A stretch of DNA of 64,000 nucleotides from an uncultured Bacteroidia bacterium. GTDB lineage: Bacteria; Bacteroidota; Bacteroidia; Bacteroidales; F082. The stretch is taken from assembly GCA_902780195.1 (NCBI GenBank), contig CACZER010000001.1:24626-88625 (forward strand), read 5' to 3'. Of this stretch, positions 47,001-53,233 are shown in pieces. The notes below the pieces were generated by a model, which saw only the letters and a program-made list of their open reading frames with translations, ran no database searches and was not told where the DNA came from. Within the stretch, counting starts at the first letter, position 1. The number at the start of each line of letters is the position of its first letter. Made by a program: the position numbers and the translations under genes.

Positions 47001-48307
47001 ACCGCTTGTGGCAGCGCCTCTATAAAGATACTTTTGGTCCCGATTACATCGACACTCAGTCGGATGTGAAGATGTGGGAGCAGATTAACGAGGTGCCGGA
47101 TGAGAAGATTTGGGACATCCGCAAGCAGTTGAAGCACGAACTGATTGCCTATCTGGGTGATAAGATCAAAGAAGACATGCGTCAGCGTCAGGAGAGCCCC
47201 AAACTCATCATGCAGACGGTCAACAGCTTGAATGAGAATGCGTTGATTGTCGGCTTTGCCCGTCGTTTCGCAACTTACAAGCGTGCCCATCTGCTGTTTG
47301 GCAATTTGGAACGTCTGTCGCAGCTTGTCAACGACCCGAAGCGCCCCGTCATCTTCCTCTTTGCCGGTAAGGCGCACCCCAACGATAAGGCTGGACAAGA
47401 CTTGATTAAGATGATCATCGACATCTCGCGTCGTCCCGAATTTATTGGCAAGATTTTGTTTATCAGCAACTACGATATGGAATTGGGAGGCCGCCTGACC
47501 AGCGGTGTGGATGTGTGGCTCAATACGCCGACACGCCCGCTCGAAGCCTCTGGCACAAGTGGCGAGAAGGCCGTGATGAATGGTGTACTCAACTTTTCCG
47601 TCTTGGACGGCTGGTGGGCCGAGGGCTATCGCCCCGATGCCGGTTGGGCCATCCAAGAGAAACGCACCTATCAAGACCAGCGCTATCAGGACGAGATGGA
47701 TGCCGAGACAATTTACAACACGCTGGAAAACGAGATCGTCCCGCTCTACTATGCCCGCAATGTGCATGAGGTGCCTACGGGATGGGTGGCTGCCATGAAG
47801 AAGTGCCTCAACGAAATTTCGCCTTGCTTCACCATGAAACGCATGATGGATGACTACTTCGAGAGGTATTACAACAAGTTGATCGATCGCACCCACTGGA
47901 TGCGTGCCAACCGTTACCAGAAGGCGTTCGAGATCAATGCGTGGAAGACACGTGTGCGCAACAACTGGGACAAGGTGGAAGTGAAGTCGTTGATTTTGCC
48001 CGATACCAATGTGCGTCCGTTGACCTTCGGCGAACAGTTCATTGCCGAGATCACGTTGCTTACACCTGATTTGGAGCCTGGCGACCTGGCCATTGAGCTG
48101 TTGTTTGGAAAGAAGAATAACGATGTGGTGGATGAAATCACTGCCGTGGAGAAGATGAAACTCGTTGATTCGGGCGACGGCTGGGTGAAGTATTATATTA
48201 AGGTGCCAATCAGGCGTGCCGGCGTTTATGATTTCACTTTCCGTGTCTATCCTACCAATAAGATGCTGCCGCATCGTCAGGACTTCCCGCTGGTGAAATG
48301 GATCTGA
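44081..48307 (+). CDS. fusion protein: GT3 (eukaryotic-type) glycogen synthase (aa ~1-545) :: GT35 alpha-glucan phosphorylase (aa ~560-1408)
   Basis: The N-terminal half has YLFETSWEVCNMVGGIYTVLSTKS, FHEWMTG and FPSYYEPWGYTPLES, which are GT3 hallmarks. The C-terminal half has NIWWCWN (DUF3417-type start), IAYFSMEYGL, YSGGLGILAGDYMKQASD, EASGTSGEKAVMNGV (PLP-lysine motif) and LDGWW. It is a single uninterrupted frame of 1408 codons. Confidence 0.85.
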   Translation: MKNPEYLFETSWEVCNMVGGIYTVLSTKSNVMRQLLGDHYITVGPDVVKEAHETLYFVEDNELFPEWRERALAQGLKFRIGHWKIESSPIAILVDYTPLYQSKNEILGHLWEQYELDSIRGQWDYIEPVLFGYAAGQVIESFCNFYLQQTSHIVAQFHEWMTGSGVLYIKEHCPQIATVFTTHATYLGRAISGNGLPLYDNLKTYLPSVMAMQFNVVSQQSMEQKAAKNADAFTTVSDITAQECEQFLYRKPDVVTKNGIDHTFRKDNAEFAEKRKATREQILKIAGTLCGETLDPNCLMVLNSGRYEFKNKGIDLFIEALRRLNEDKNLPRTVVGVIAVPSNIAGPSKDLQHRLDGTNAIMGHTDFPATHHIFEYENDAILNTLRNSGLQNDANDKVKVMFVPAYLNGSDGIFNLTYSEFLSAFDFSVFPSYYEPWGYTPLESVSMGIPTLTSDVSGFGKFVQQECKGNGAVTVVPRKQGDSNKVIDEIVSALRSLLALTDKGVAETSEAALQVANKLLWKDLIVSYQKAWDVALEKSGGRHYMMEPVPYADMLHEVVYQKNDSPSWKKVLVKPIYSPEMKKLEELSRNIWWCWNVDAIELFESIDPEAWKATEQNPVALMESLSVEQIKDLENNEDFVERLNKVYDQFKNYMAQPTQQKDLIAYFSMEYGLMKSLKIYSGGLGILAGDYMKQASDSNANMVGIGLLYRYGYFAQEISVSGEQRAEYIPQKFSQLPLQPVFNDKGEWIKVSIAFPGRSVYAKAWRVNVGRIGLYLLDTDIEENSSEDRGITSRLYGGDSEMRIKQEMFLGVGGIRLLEALGVKPTIYHCNEGHAAFSGLERLRVYINKHNLDFDVALELVRASTLFTTHTPVPAGHDAFEEHLIRTYMPHYANRMNISWERFMGLGRFNPNNPNEKFSMSVLATNLSQEVNGVSKIHGRVSREMFQSLWPGYFAEENHIGYVTNGVHLPTWSNRLWQRLYKDTFGPDYIDTQSDVKMWEQINEVPDEKIWDIRKQLKHELIAYLGDKIKEDMRQRQESPKLIMQTVNSLNENALIVGFARRFATYKRAHLLFGNLERLSQLVNDPKRPVIFLFAGKAHPNDKAGQDLIKMIIDISRRPEFIGKILFISNYDMELGGRLTSGVDVWLNTPTRPLEASGTSGEKAVMNGVLNFSVLDGWWAEGYRPDAGWAIQEKRTYQDQRYQDEMDAETIYNTLENEIVPLYYARNVHEVPTGWVAAMKKCLNEISPCFTMKRMMDDYFERYYNKLIDRTHWMRANRYQKAFEINAWKTRVRNNWDKVEVKSLILPDTNVRPLTFGEQFIAEITLLTPDLEPGDLAIELLFGKKNNDVVDEITAVEKMKLVDSGDGWVKYYIKVPIRRAGVYDFTFRVYPTNKMLPHRQDFPLVKWI

Positions 48308-48317
48308 TACCAAAATG

Positions 48318-48345
48318 AAAGGTTGCAATCTTGCAACCTTTTTTT
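48318..48345 (+). terminator. rho-independent terminator
   Basis: AAAGGTTGC-AATCTT-GCAACCTTTTTTT starts 11 nt after the stop codon. Confidence 0.8.
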
Positions 48346-48361
48346 GTAAGTGGAAATTGAT

Positions 48362-48369
48362 TATATTTG
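48362..48369 (+). promoter_or_regulatory. -7 promoter box (TATATTTG) for nfeD/SPFH
   Basis: Matches TAnnTTTG, 21 nt upstream of the ATG at 48391. Confidence 0.5.
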
Positions 48370-48390
48370 CATCGTTAAAAACGTAATATT

Positions 48391-48822
48391 ATGCAAGCAT
48401 ATCAAATTTGGCTCATTGTCACCATTTTGCTCCTCATCTTCGAAATCTGTTCGGCGACCTTTGGCGCCATTTGTTTCGCCATAGGAGCGGGCTTCTCAGC
48501 CCTTGCTGCGGGCTTGGGTGCCAACATCACTTGGCAAATCATCATTTTTGTGGTGGTCTCCCTGTTGACCTTTATCTTCCTAAGGCCTGTCGTAATGCGT
48601 TTCTTGGAAAGGAAATCGAAAGATGTGAAGACCAATGCCGATGCCATCATCGGGCGAAAAGGAGTGGTCTCGGAACGCATCGATGCTGAGCAACATACTG
48701 GTCGTGTTGCCGTTGACGGCGATGATTGGAAGGCTGTGTCAGAAGACGGTTCGGTCATCGAGAAGGGCGCTACCGTGGAAATCGTGAAATTAGACAGTAT
48801 TATAGTAACCGTTAAAAAATAA
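48391..48822 (+). CDS. NfeD family membrane protein
   Basis: 143 aa with N-terminal TM helices and a C-terminal OB-fold (GRVAVDGDDWKAVSEDGSVIEKGATVEIVKLD). It lies directly upstream of an SPFH gene, the classic pairing. Confidence 0.85.
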   Translation: MQAYQIWLIVTILLLIFEICSATFGAICFAIGAGFSALAAGLGANITWQIIIFVVVSLLTFIFLRPVVMRFLERKSKDVKTNADAIIGRKGVVSERIDAEQHTGRVAVDGDDWKAVSEDGSVIEKGATVEIVKLDSIIVTVKK

Positions 48823-48826
48823 CACT

Positions 48827-49783
48827 ATGAATTTTGGAATGATTATTCTCTATGTCTTGGTTGCACTCGTGGTAATCTACATTCTTCGAGGCATCAAAAT
48901 CGTATCGCAGTCGGAAACCATGATTGTGGAACGTCTCGGTAAGTACAACCGCACCCTGAATGCGGGTATCAACGTCATCCTGCCTATCATCGAACAAGCC
49001 AAGGAAACCATCGTTCGTCGCCAGAATGGTGCTTTGGCGCGTACTTCGCGCATCGACATGCGTGAGCAGGTGTATGACTTCGACAAGCAAAGTGTGATCA
49101 CCAAGGATAACGTGATGACGGAAATCAACGCCTTGCTTTATTTCCAGATTGTAGACCCAATGAAGGCCGTCTATGAAATCCAAAATCTTCCTGTAGCTAT
49201 TGAGAAGCTGACCCAAACGACGCTACGTAATGTGGTGGGTGAGATGGAACTTGACGAAACCTTGACTTCGCGTGACACCATTAACTCGAAATTGCGCAAT
49301 GTGCTTGATGATGCCACCAACAAATGGGGCGTGAAGGTAAACCGTGTTGAGTTGCAGGATATCACGCCGCCTGAAAGCATCCGCCGCACCATGGAACTCC
49401 AGATGCAGGCCGAGCGTAACCGTCGTGCCGAAATCTTGAAGGCAGAAGGTGAGAAGCAGGCCCAGATCTTGAATTCGGAAGGTGAGAAGCAGGCTGAGAT
49501 TAATGCTGCTGAAGCCGACAAGCAGGCCAATATATTGAAGGCTGAAGGTGAAGCTCGCGCCAAAGTGTTGCAAGCTGAGGCCGAGGCTGCTGCCATTCGC
49601 AATATCGCCGACGCAGTCTCTGATCGTGGCGCCGACCCGGTCAATTATCTGCTGGCTGTCAAGTATATCGAGACACTGAAGGAAGTGGCTGGCGGTCAGG
49701 ATAACAAGACGGTCTATTTGCCTTATGAAGCCACCAACTTACTAGGCTCCTTGGGAGGCATTAAGGATATGTTCGGAAAATAA
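48827..49783 (+). CDS. SPFH/band-7 (stomatin-like, slipin) protein
   Basis: Has an N-terminal TM helix and an SPFH core (IVSQSETMIVERLGKYNRTLNAGINVILP, TKDNVMTEINALLYFQIVDP). It also has an Ala/Glu-rich coiled coil (AEILKAEGEKQAQILNSEGEKQAEI...). Confidence 0.9.
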   Translation: MNFGMIILYVLVALVVIYILRGIKIVSQSETMIVERLGKYNRTLNAGINVILPIIEQAKETIVRRQNGALARTSRIDMREQVYDFDKQSVITKDNVMTEINALLYFQIVDPMKAVYEIQNLPVAIEKLTQTTLRNVVGEMELDETLTSRDTINSKLRNVLDDATNKWGVKVNRVELQDITPPESIRRTMELQMQAERNRRAEILKAEGEKQAQILNSEGEKQAEINAAEADKQANILKAEGEARAKVLQAEAEAAAIRNIADAVSDRGADPVNYLLAVKYIETLKEVAGGQDNKTVYLPYEATNLLGSLGGIKDMFGK

Positions 49784-49794
49784 AAACCAATCAC

Positions 49795-50007
49795 ATGATC
49801 GCATATAAAGAGGATATTTTCATTGGCCAGATGATCAAGGACGAGCTGAAGAAGCAGGGAAGGAGCGCTTCATGGCTTGCCAAGAGAATCTATTGCGAGC
49901 GGACAAATGTATACAAGCTTTTCAAACGCAAGAGCCTCGACTTGGAGCAATTGATGCAAATATCCCGCATCTTGGATCATGATTTTTTGAAAGATTGCTA
50001 TCAATAG
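49795..50007 (+). CDS. small (70 aa) XRE-like helix-turn-helix protein, paralogue A
   Basis: MIAYKEDIFIGQMIKDELKKQGRSASWLAKRIYCERTNVYKLFKRKSLDLEQLMQISRILDHDFLKDCYQ. It shows an HTH-like pattern. It starts 11 nt after the SPFH stop codon and is followed by a terminator. Its paralogue is at 52113-52334. Confidence 0.65.
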   Translation: MIAYKEDIFIGQMIKDELKKQGRSASWLAKRIYCERTNVYKLFKRKSLDLEQLMQISRILDHDFLKDCYQ

Positions 50008-50013
50008 AATAAC

Positions 50014-50054
50014 GCCTAATTTTGGATTTTTATTCCAAAATTAGGCTCTTTTTT
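50014..50054 (+). terminator. rho-independent terminator
   Basis: GCCTAATTTTGGA-TTTTTAT-TCCAAAATTAGGC followed by TCTTTTTT. Confidence 0.8.
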
Positions 50055-50065
50055 GTCCTATTTTC

Positions 50066-50073
50066 TACTTTTG
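50066..50073 (+). promoter_or_regulatory. -7 promoter box (TACTTTTG)
   Basis: Matches TAnnTTTG, 18 nt upstream of the ATG at 50092. The same CTACTTTTGCG context recurs at 52081. Confidence 0.5.
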
Positions 50074-50091
50074 CGCGGAAGATAGCATCCG

Positions 50092-51912
50092 ATGATTAAA
50101 AAGTTCTGTTTAATGGCAGTGGCGCTACTGCTAGTGTTTATCTCGTGTAAGAGAACCACCAGTTTTTCCCCTTTGTCACGGGATATCCCTGTTTTCAAAG
50201 ATATCTATTCGATAAAGAATACCTGTCCAGACAGCGCATTGAAATTGTTTCAAGCTGTGGCCGATTCCCTTGATATGGAGAAACTATATGCTTCTTCAAA
50301 AGATCATTATGCTGAATTCCAGATTCTTGAAGTGGAGTTGTACTATATGAATTTTCTCCGTATTAAGAATGACAGTGCTTTGTCGGTTGCCTATGCCCAT
50401 TTTGATTCGCTTATGCCTGGACGTAATGTCAGATGGGGAGAAGAGGAAATTGGCTTTCAAAAAGCACGGGCCTGCTATGCCAAGGCTGTTGTCGAAGAAT
50501 TTAAGAAGAAGGAAATAGTGGAAGCATTCTCTGGTTATTTGGATGCACTATGGATTATGGATGGTTTGACAAAAAAGCGCCATTTCTTTTCTTCTTCAAA
50601 CCATGACCCTAATTATGAGCATTTTACGGGTCTTATTTACGATCGTTTGGCATGGCTTTTTTATATGTACGATGCTTATGGCACTTCGTTGGAGTGCCTG
50701 GAGAAATCCAATGGTAGTTTTCTGATGGAAAACAACCTTTTAGGGGTGGCCAACAACTATGAATTGATGGGTGATGTGTTTCTGGCGCAAGGTGACAAGA
50801 TTACCTCATTATACTATTATAGGAAGTCGGATAGTATTCATGAAAAGACTCTAAAGGATCATGGCAGCCAGCATTTCAGCAGTTTGTATCATAAGGCTCT
50901 CGACATGTATAACGTAGAGGAGAAACATGCTGCCTATGATTTGCTGAGTCATGCCTTGGAGGAGGCGGACAATAGTTGGCTGGAACGGCAGATTCGTTTT
51001 TCTCTTGGCTATTTGTTTTTTGAGGACCAACAATACGATTCGGCTTTGTACAACTACGAACGCGGATTCCCCTTATTGCCACGACAAAACATCAAGACAT
51101 ATCGAGGTATCATTAAGGCTGCCAATACACTTGGCATGCATGATAAGGCTGCGCATTATGGCGAGTTGCTGTCGGACCTGTATCTCGATCAATTGTCGAA
51201 GAGCGGTGACAGAGTTCAAATGATTATGCGCTACGATGATTATAAGGCTGATAGTCAAAATGCTAGGCAAAAAGATCTCTTTTTCTTCGTGCTGTTTATC
51301 ATCGTTGTTTTGTTACTTATTTTGGCTGTAAACATCTGGCTCGTCAGAAGGCATAAGCGACTTCGAAAAAAAGAGCGTGAGGCCAACGAAAAAATCAAGG
51401 CGTTGCTTCAAGATGAGATTGAGACCACCAAAAGGACAACGCGCCAGAAAGAAGAGAAAATCAGGTCGTTGGAAGACAAATTGGACAAGGTGATTACCGC
51501 GCCCGATTTCCAGAGCCTCTCATTGGATAAAAAGTTGGAAGCCCTTCGTGAAATGCCGATCAGTAAGAGAGTTGTTAAGGTGAAGTCGGCCAATGTGAAA
51601 GCAGGCTATGCTTATCCGGAATGGGTATTGTCGGATGCCCAGACAACCATGTTGGTCAATGCTGTTGATGCCGTGTTTCCCAAGTTTTCTGCCAAGATCA
51701 TGGAACGCTATCCTCGGTTGAAGCGTTCCGACATTGTATATTGTTGCATGTATATACTTGGGCTGTCCGAGGTGCAGGCCGCTGCATTGATGGGGAAGAC
51801 CTACCAAGCTGTATGGGCTCGCTCATTGAAACTACACGAGGTGTTTGGCGACAAATCAGACCTTCAGTTTGTCTTACATGGTTTTTTAAACAATTGGGAA
51901 ATAAATAGTTAG
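50092..51912 (+). CDS. membrane-anchored regulator: lipoprotein signal + TPR-like periplasmic domain + single TM + coiled coil + C-terminal LuxR/sigma-r4-like HTH
   Basis: The parts are a lipobox (LVFISC), helical TPR-like repeats (aa ~40-390) and a TM helix LFFFVLFIIVVLLLILAVNIWLV (nt 51277-51345). A basic coiled coil follows (RRHKRLRKKEREANEKIKALLQDEIETTKR...). The protein ends in LKRSDIVYCCMYILGLSEVQAAALMGKTYQAVWARSLKLHEVFG (nt ~51712-51849), which resembles a LuxR-type HTH. Confidence 0.6.
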   Translation: MIKKFCLMAVALLLVFISCKRTTSFSPLSRDIPVFKDIYSIKNTCPDSALKLFQAVADSLDMEKLYASSKDHYAEFQILEVELYYMNFLRIKNDSALSVAYAHFDSLMPGRNVRWGEEEIGFQKARACYAKAVVEEFKKKEIVEAFSGYLDALWIMDGLTKKRHFFSSSNHDPNYEHFTGLIYDRLAWLFYMYDAYGTSLECLEKSNGSFLMENNLLGVANNYELMGDVFLAQGDKITSLYYYRKSDSIHEKTLKDHGSQHFSSLYHKALDMYNVEEKHAAYDLLSHALEEADNSWLERQIRFSLGYLFFEDQQYDSALYNYERGFPLLPRQNIKTYRGIIKAANTLGMHDKAAHYGELLSDLYLDQLSKSGDRVQMIMRYDDYKADSQNARQKDLFFFVLFIIVVLLLILAVNIWLVRRHKRLRKKEREANEKIKALLQDEIETTKRTTRQKEEKIRSLEDKLDKVITAPDFQSLSLDKKLEALREMPISKRVVKVKSANVKAGYAYPEWVLSDAQTTMLVNAVDAVFPKFSAKIMERYPRLKRSDIVYCCMYILGLSEVQAAALMGKTYQAVWARSLKLHEVFGDKSDLQFVLHGFLNNWEINS

Positions 51913-52081
51913 ACCCTGCGTCTTTATTTGACTTAGATTCCAATCAAGCATTTGTCCAATTGTTTGATTTTCTTTTATCATTATAATAACTAATTGATTC
52001 CTAGTCAAAAGCAAGATTCTTTTTTTATTTTATTTGATTCGTTTTTGTGAACGTTTTTGGACGGTTTTTTGGCCCTCACCC

Positions 52082-52089
52082 TACTTTTG
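52082..52089 (+). promoter_or_regulatory. -7 promoter box (TACTTTTG)
   Basis: Matches TAnnTTTG, 23 nt upstream of the ATG at 52113. Confidence 0.5.
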
Positions 52090-52112
52090 CGACAAAATCA
52101 AAAGCATCAGTT

Positions 52113-52334
52113 ATGAGATTCAAGATGAAAGACGTTCACATCGGCAACATGATTCAAGATGAATTATGGCGTCAAGGCAGGACCGTGGTTTGGTTTGCCA
52201 GAGAGATTTATTGCGAGAAGTCGAATGTATACAAGATGTTTAAGCGACAAAGCATCGATTTGGCCCAGCTGATGAAAATATCGGAAGTGCTTGGGCATAA
52301 TTTCCTGCGCGATTGCTTCGAGGAATTTGAATAA
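52113..52334 (+). CDS. small (73 aa) XRE-like helix-turn-helix protein, paralogue B
   Basis: MRFKMKDVHIGNMIQDELWRQGRTVVWFAREIYCEKSNVYKMFKRQSIDLAQLMKISEVLGHNFLRDCFEEFE. It aligns without gaps to paralogue A, with 39 of 70 positions identical by hand count. The start is chosen at the ATG that aligns with paralogue A. Confidence 0.65.
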   Translation: MRFKMKDVHIGNMIQDELWRQGRTVVWFAREIYCEKSNVYKMFKRQSIDLAQLMKISEVLGHNFLRDCFEEFE

Positions 52335-52361
52335 CACCAGTTTTAGCAAGGAATCTATATC

Positions 52362-52391
52362 GGCTGCGTCCTGTTGGACGTGGCCTTTTTT
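52362..52391 (+). terminator. rho-independent terminator
   Basis: GGCTGCGTCC-TGTT-GGACGTGGCC (two G.U pairs) followed by TTTTTT. Confidence 0.7.
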
Positions 52392-52436
52392 ATTCCGGTT
52401 TTCGCCTCAATTTGGGAGATGTTTTTGTTTTTTTAC

Positions 52437-52444
52437 TATCTTTG
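52437..52444 (+). promoter_or_regulatory. -7 promoter box (TATCTTTG) for NUDIX gene
   Basis: Matches TAnnTTTG, 43 nt upstream of the ATG at 52488. Confidence 0.5.
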
Positions 52445-52487
52445 CAAACTGTAAAAAACGTTATGTACTTTGCTCTTTTGAAGGCTA

Positions 52488-52997
52488 ATGGCGAACATGG
52501 AAATCTTGGATTTATACGACCAACATTTGAAACCCACTGGGGGAACTGTCGAAAGGGGACAGCCTATACCTGAGGGGACCATGATTCCCATTGTGGCTGT
52601 TTTCGTCTATAACAACCAAAAGCAATACCTGATCCAAAAAGTAGCTCCATCGAAGGGCAATTATTATGCCACTACGGCTGGACATGTGAAAAGTGGCGAA
52701 CGCGACTTCGCCTTGTCGATGTTGCGTGAGCTGAAGGAGGAGATAGGCCTCTCGGTGACGAAAAGCGAGTTGAAACTGGTGGGAATCAGGCGCTTCCGAT
52801 ATAAGTTTACTTTGTTGTATATGTTAAAAAGCAATGTGCCGACATCGATGTTGCATCTGCAGAAAGAGGAAGTTGAGTCGGTGTCATGGATGAGTAGGGA
52901 AGAGATTGCCGACTTGTGTGAGAAGAACCTTTTCAACAAATACCATTACCAGCTTCTTCTCGATTGTGAAGTGCGCCTGAACACACCTCATGTCTGA
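52488..52997 (+). CDS. NUDIX hydrolase
   Basis: Has the Nudix box GHVKSGERDFALSMLRELKEEIGL (G-x5-E-x7-REUxEExGU). It is 169 aa. Confidence 0.85.
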   Translation: MANMEILDLYDQHLKPTGGTVERGQPIPEGTMIPIVAVFVYNNQKQYLIQKVAPSKGNYYATTAGHVKSGERDFALSMLRELKEEIGLSVTKSELKLVGIRRFRYKFTLLYMLKSNVPTSMLHLQKEEVESVSWMSREEIADLCEKNLFNKYHYQLLLDCEVRLNTPHV

Positions 52998-53233
52998 AAT
53001 GCAAAAAACAACAATTTTTTTTTACAATTCTTAGTCTAAAGACTAAGGGTAAAATAGAAGTTGTGAGTCATACAAATGTCGACAACGTATAAAAGCGCTT
53101 TTACTATGCATTCTTTTTTTGGTACGATGCTTAGCAAAATAGCCGTCACCATGCCATTGTGCACTGGTGCGTTTCCTATTTATACGAATAGAAATCAATC
53201 AAATCACTTTATTATTAACTTAATTTGTTCATT

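Noticed and set aside
46607-48328. A 573-aa minus-strand ORF antisense to the phosphorylase half of the fusion gene.
   Set aside because: It has the same shadow-ORF character (HL/R/V-rich with no recognisable domain). The plus-strand frame has unambiguous GT35 motifs.
52291-52488. A 65-aa ORF spanning the terminator and promoter between HTH paralogue B and the NUDIX gene.
   Set aside because: It overlaps the end of a supported gene, a terminator hairpin and a -7 box. Its Cys/Phe-rich translation looks like non-coding AT-rich sequence.
53030-53047. The inverted repeat CTTAGTCT-AA-AGACTAAG downstream of the NUDIX gene, considered as a possible terminator.
   Set aside because: A 2-nt loop is sterically impossible, so the effective stem is short and AT-rich. 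No T-tract follows. It is weak evidence for any function.
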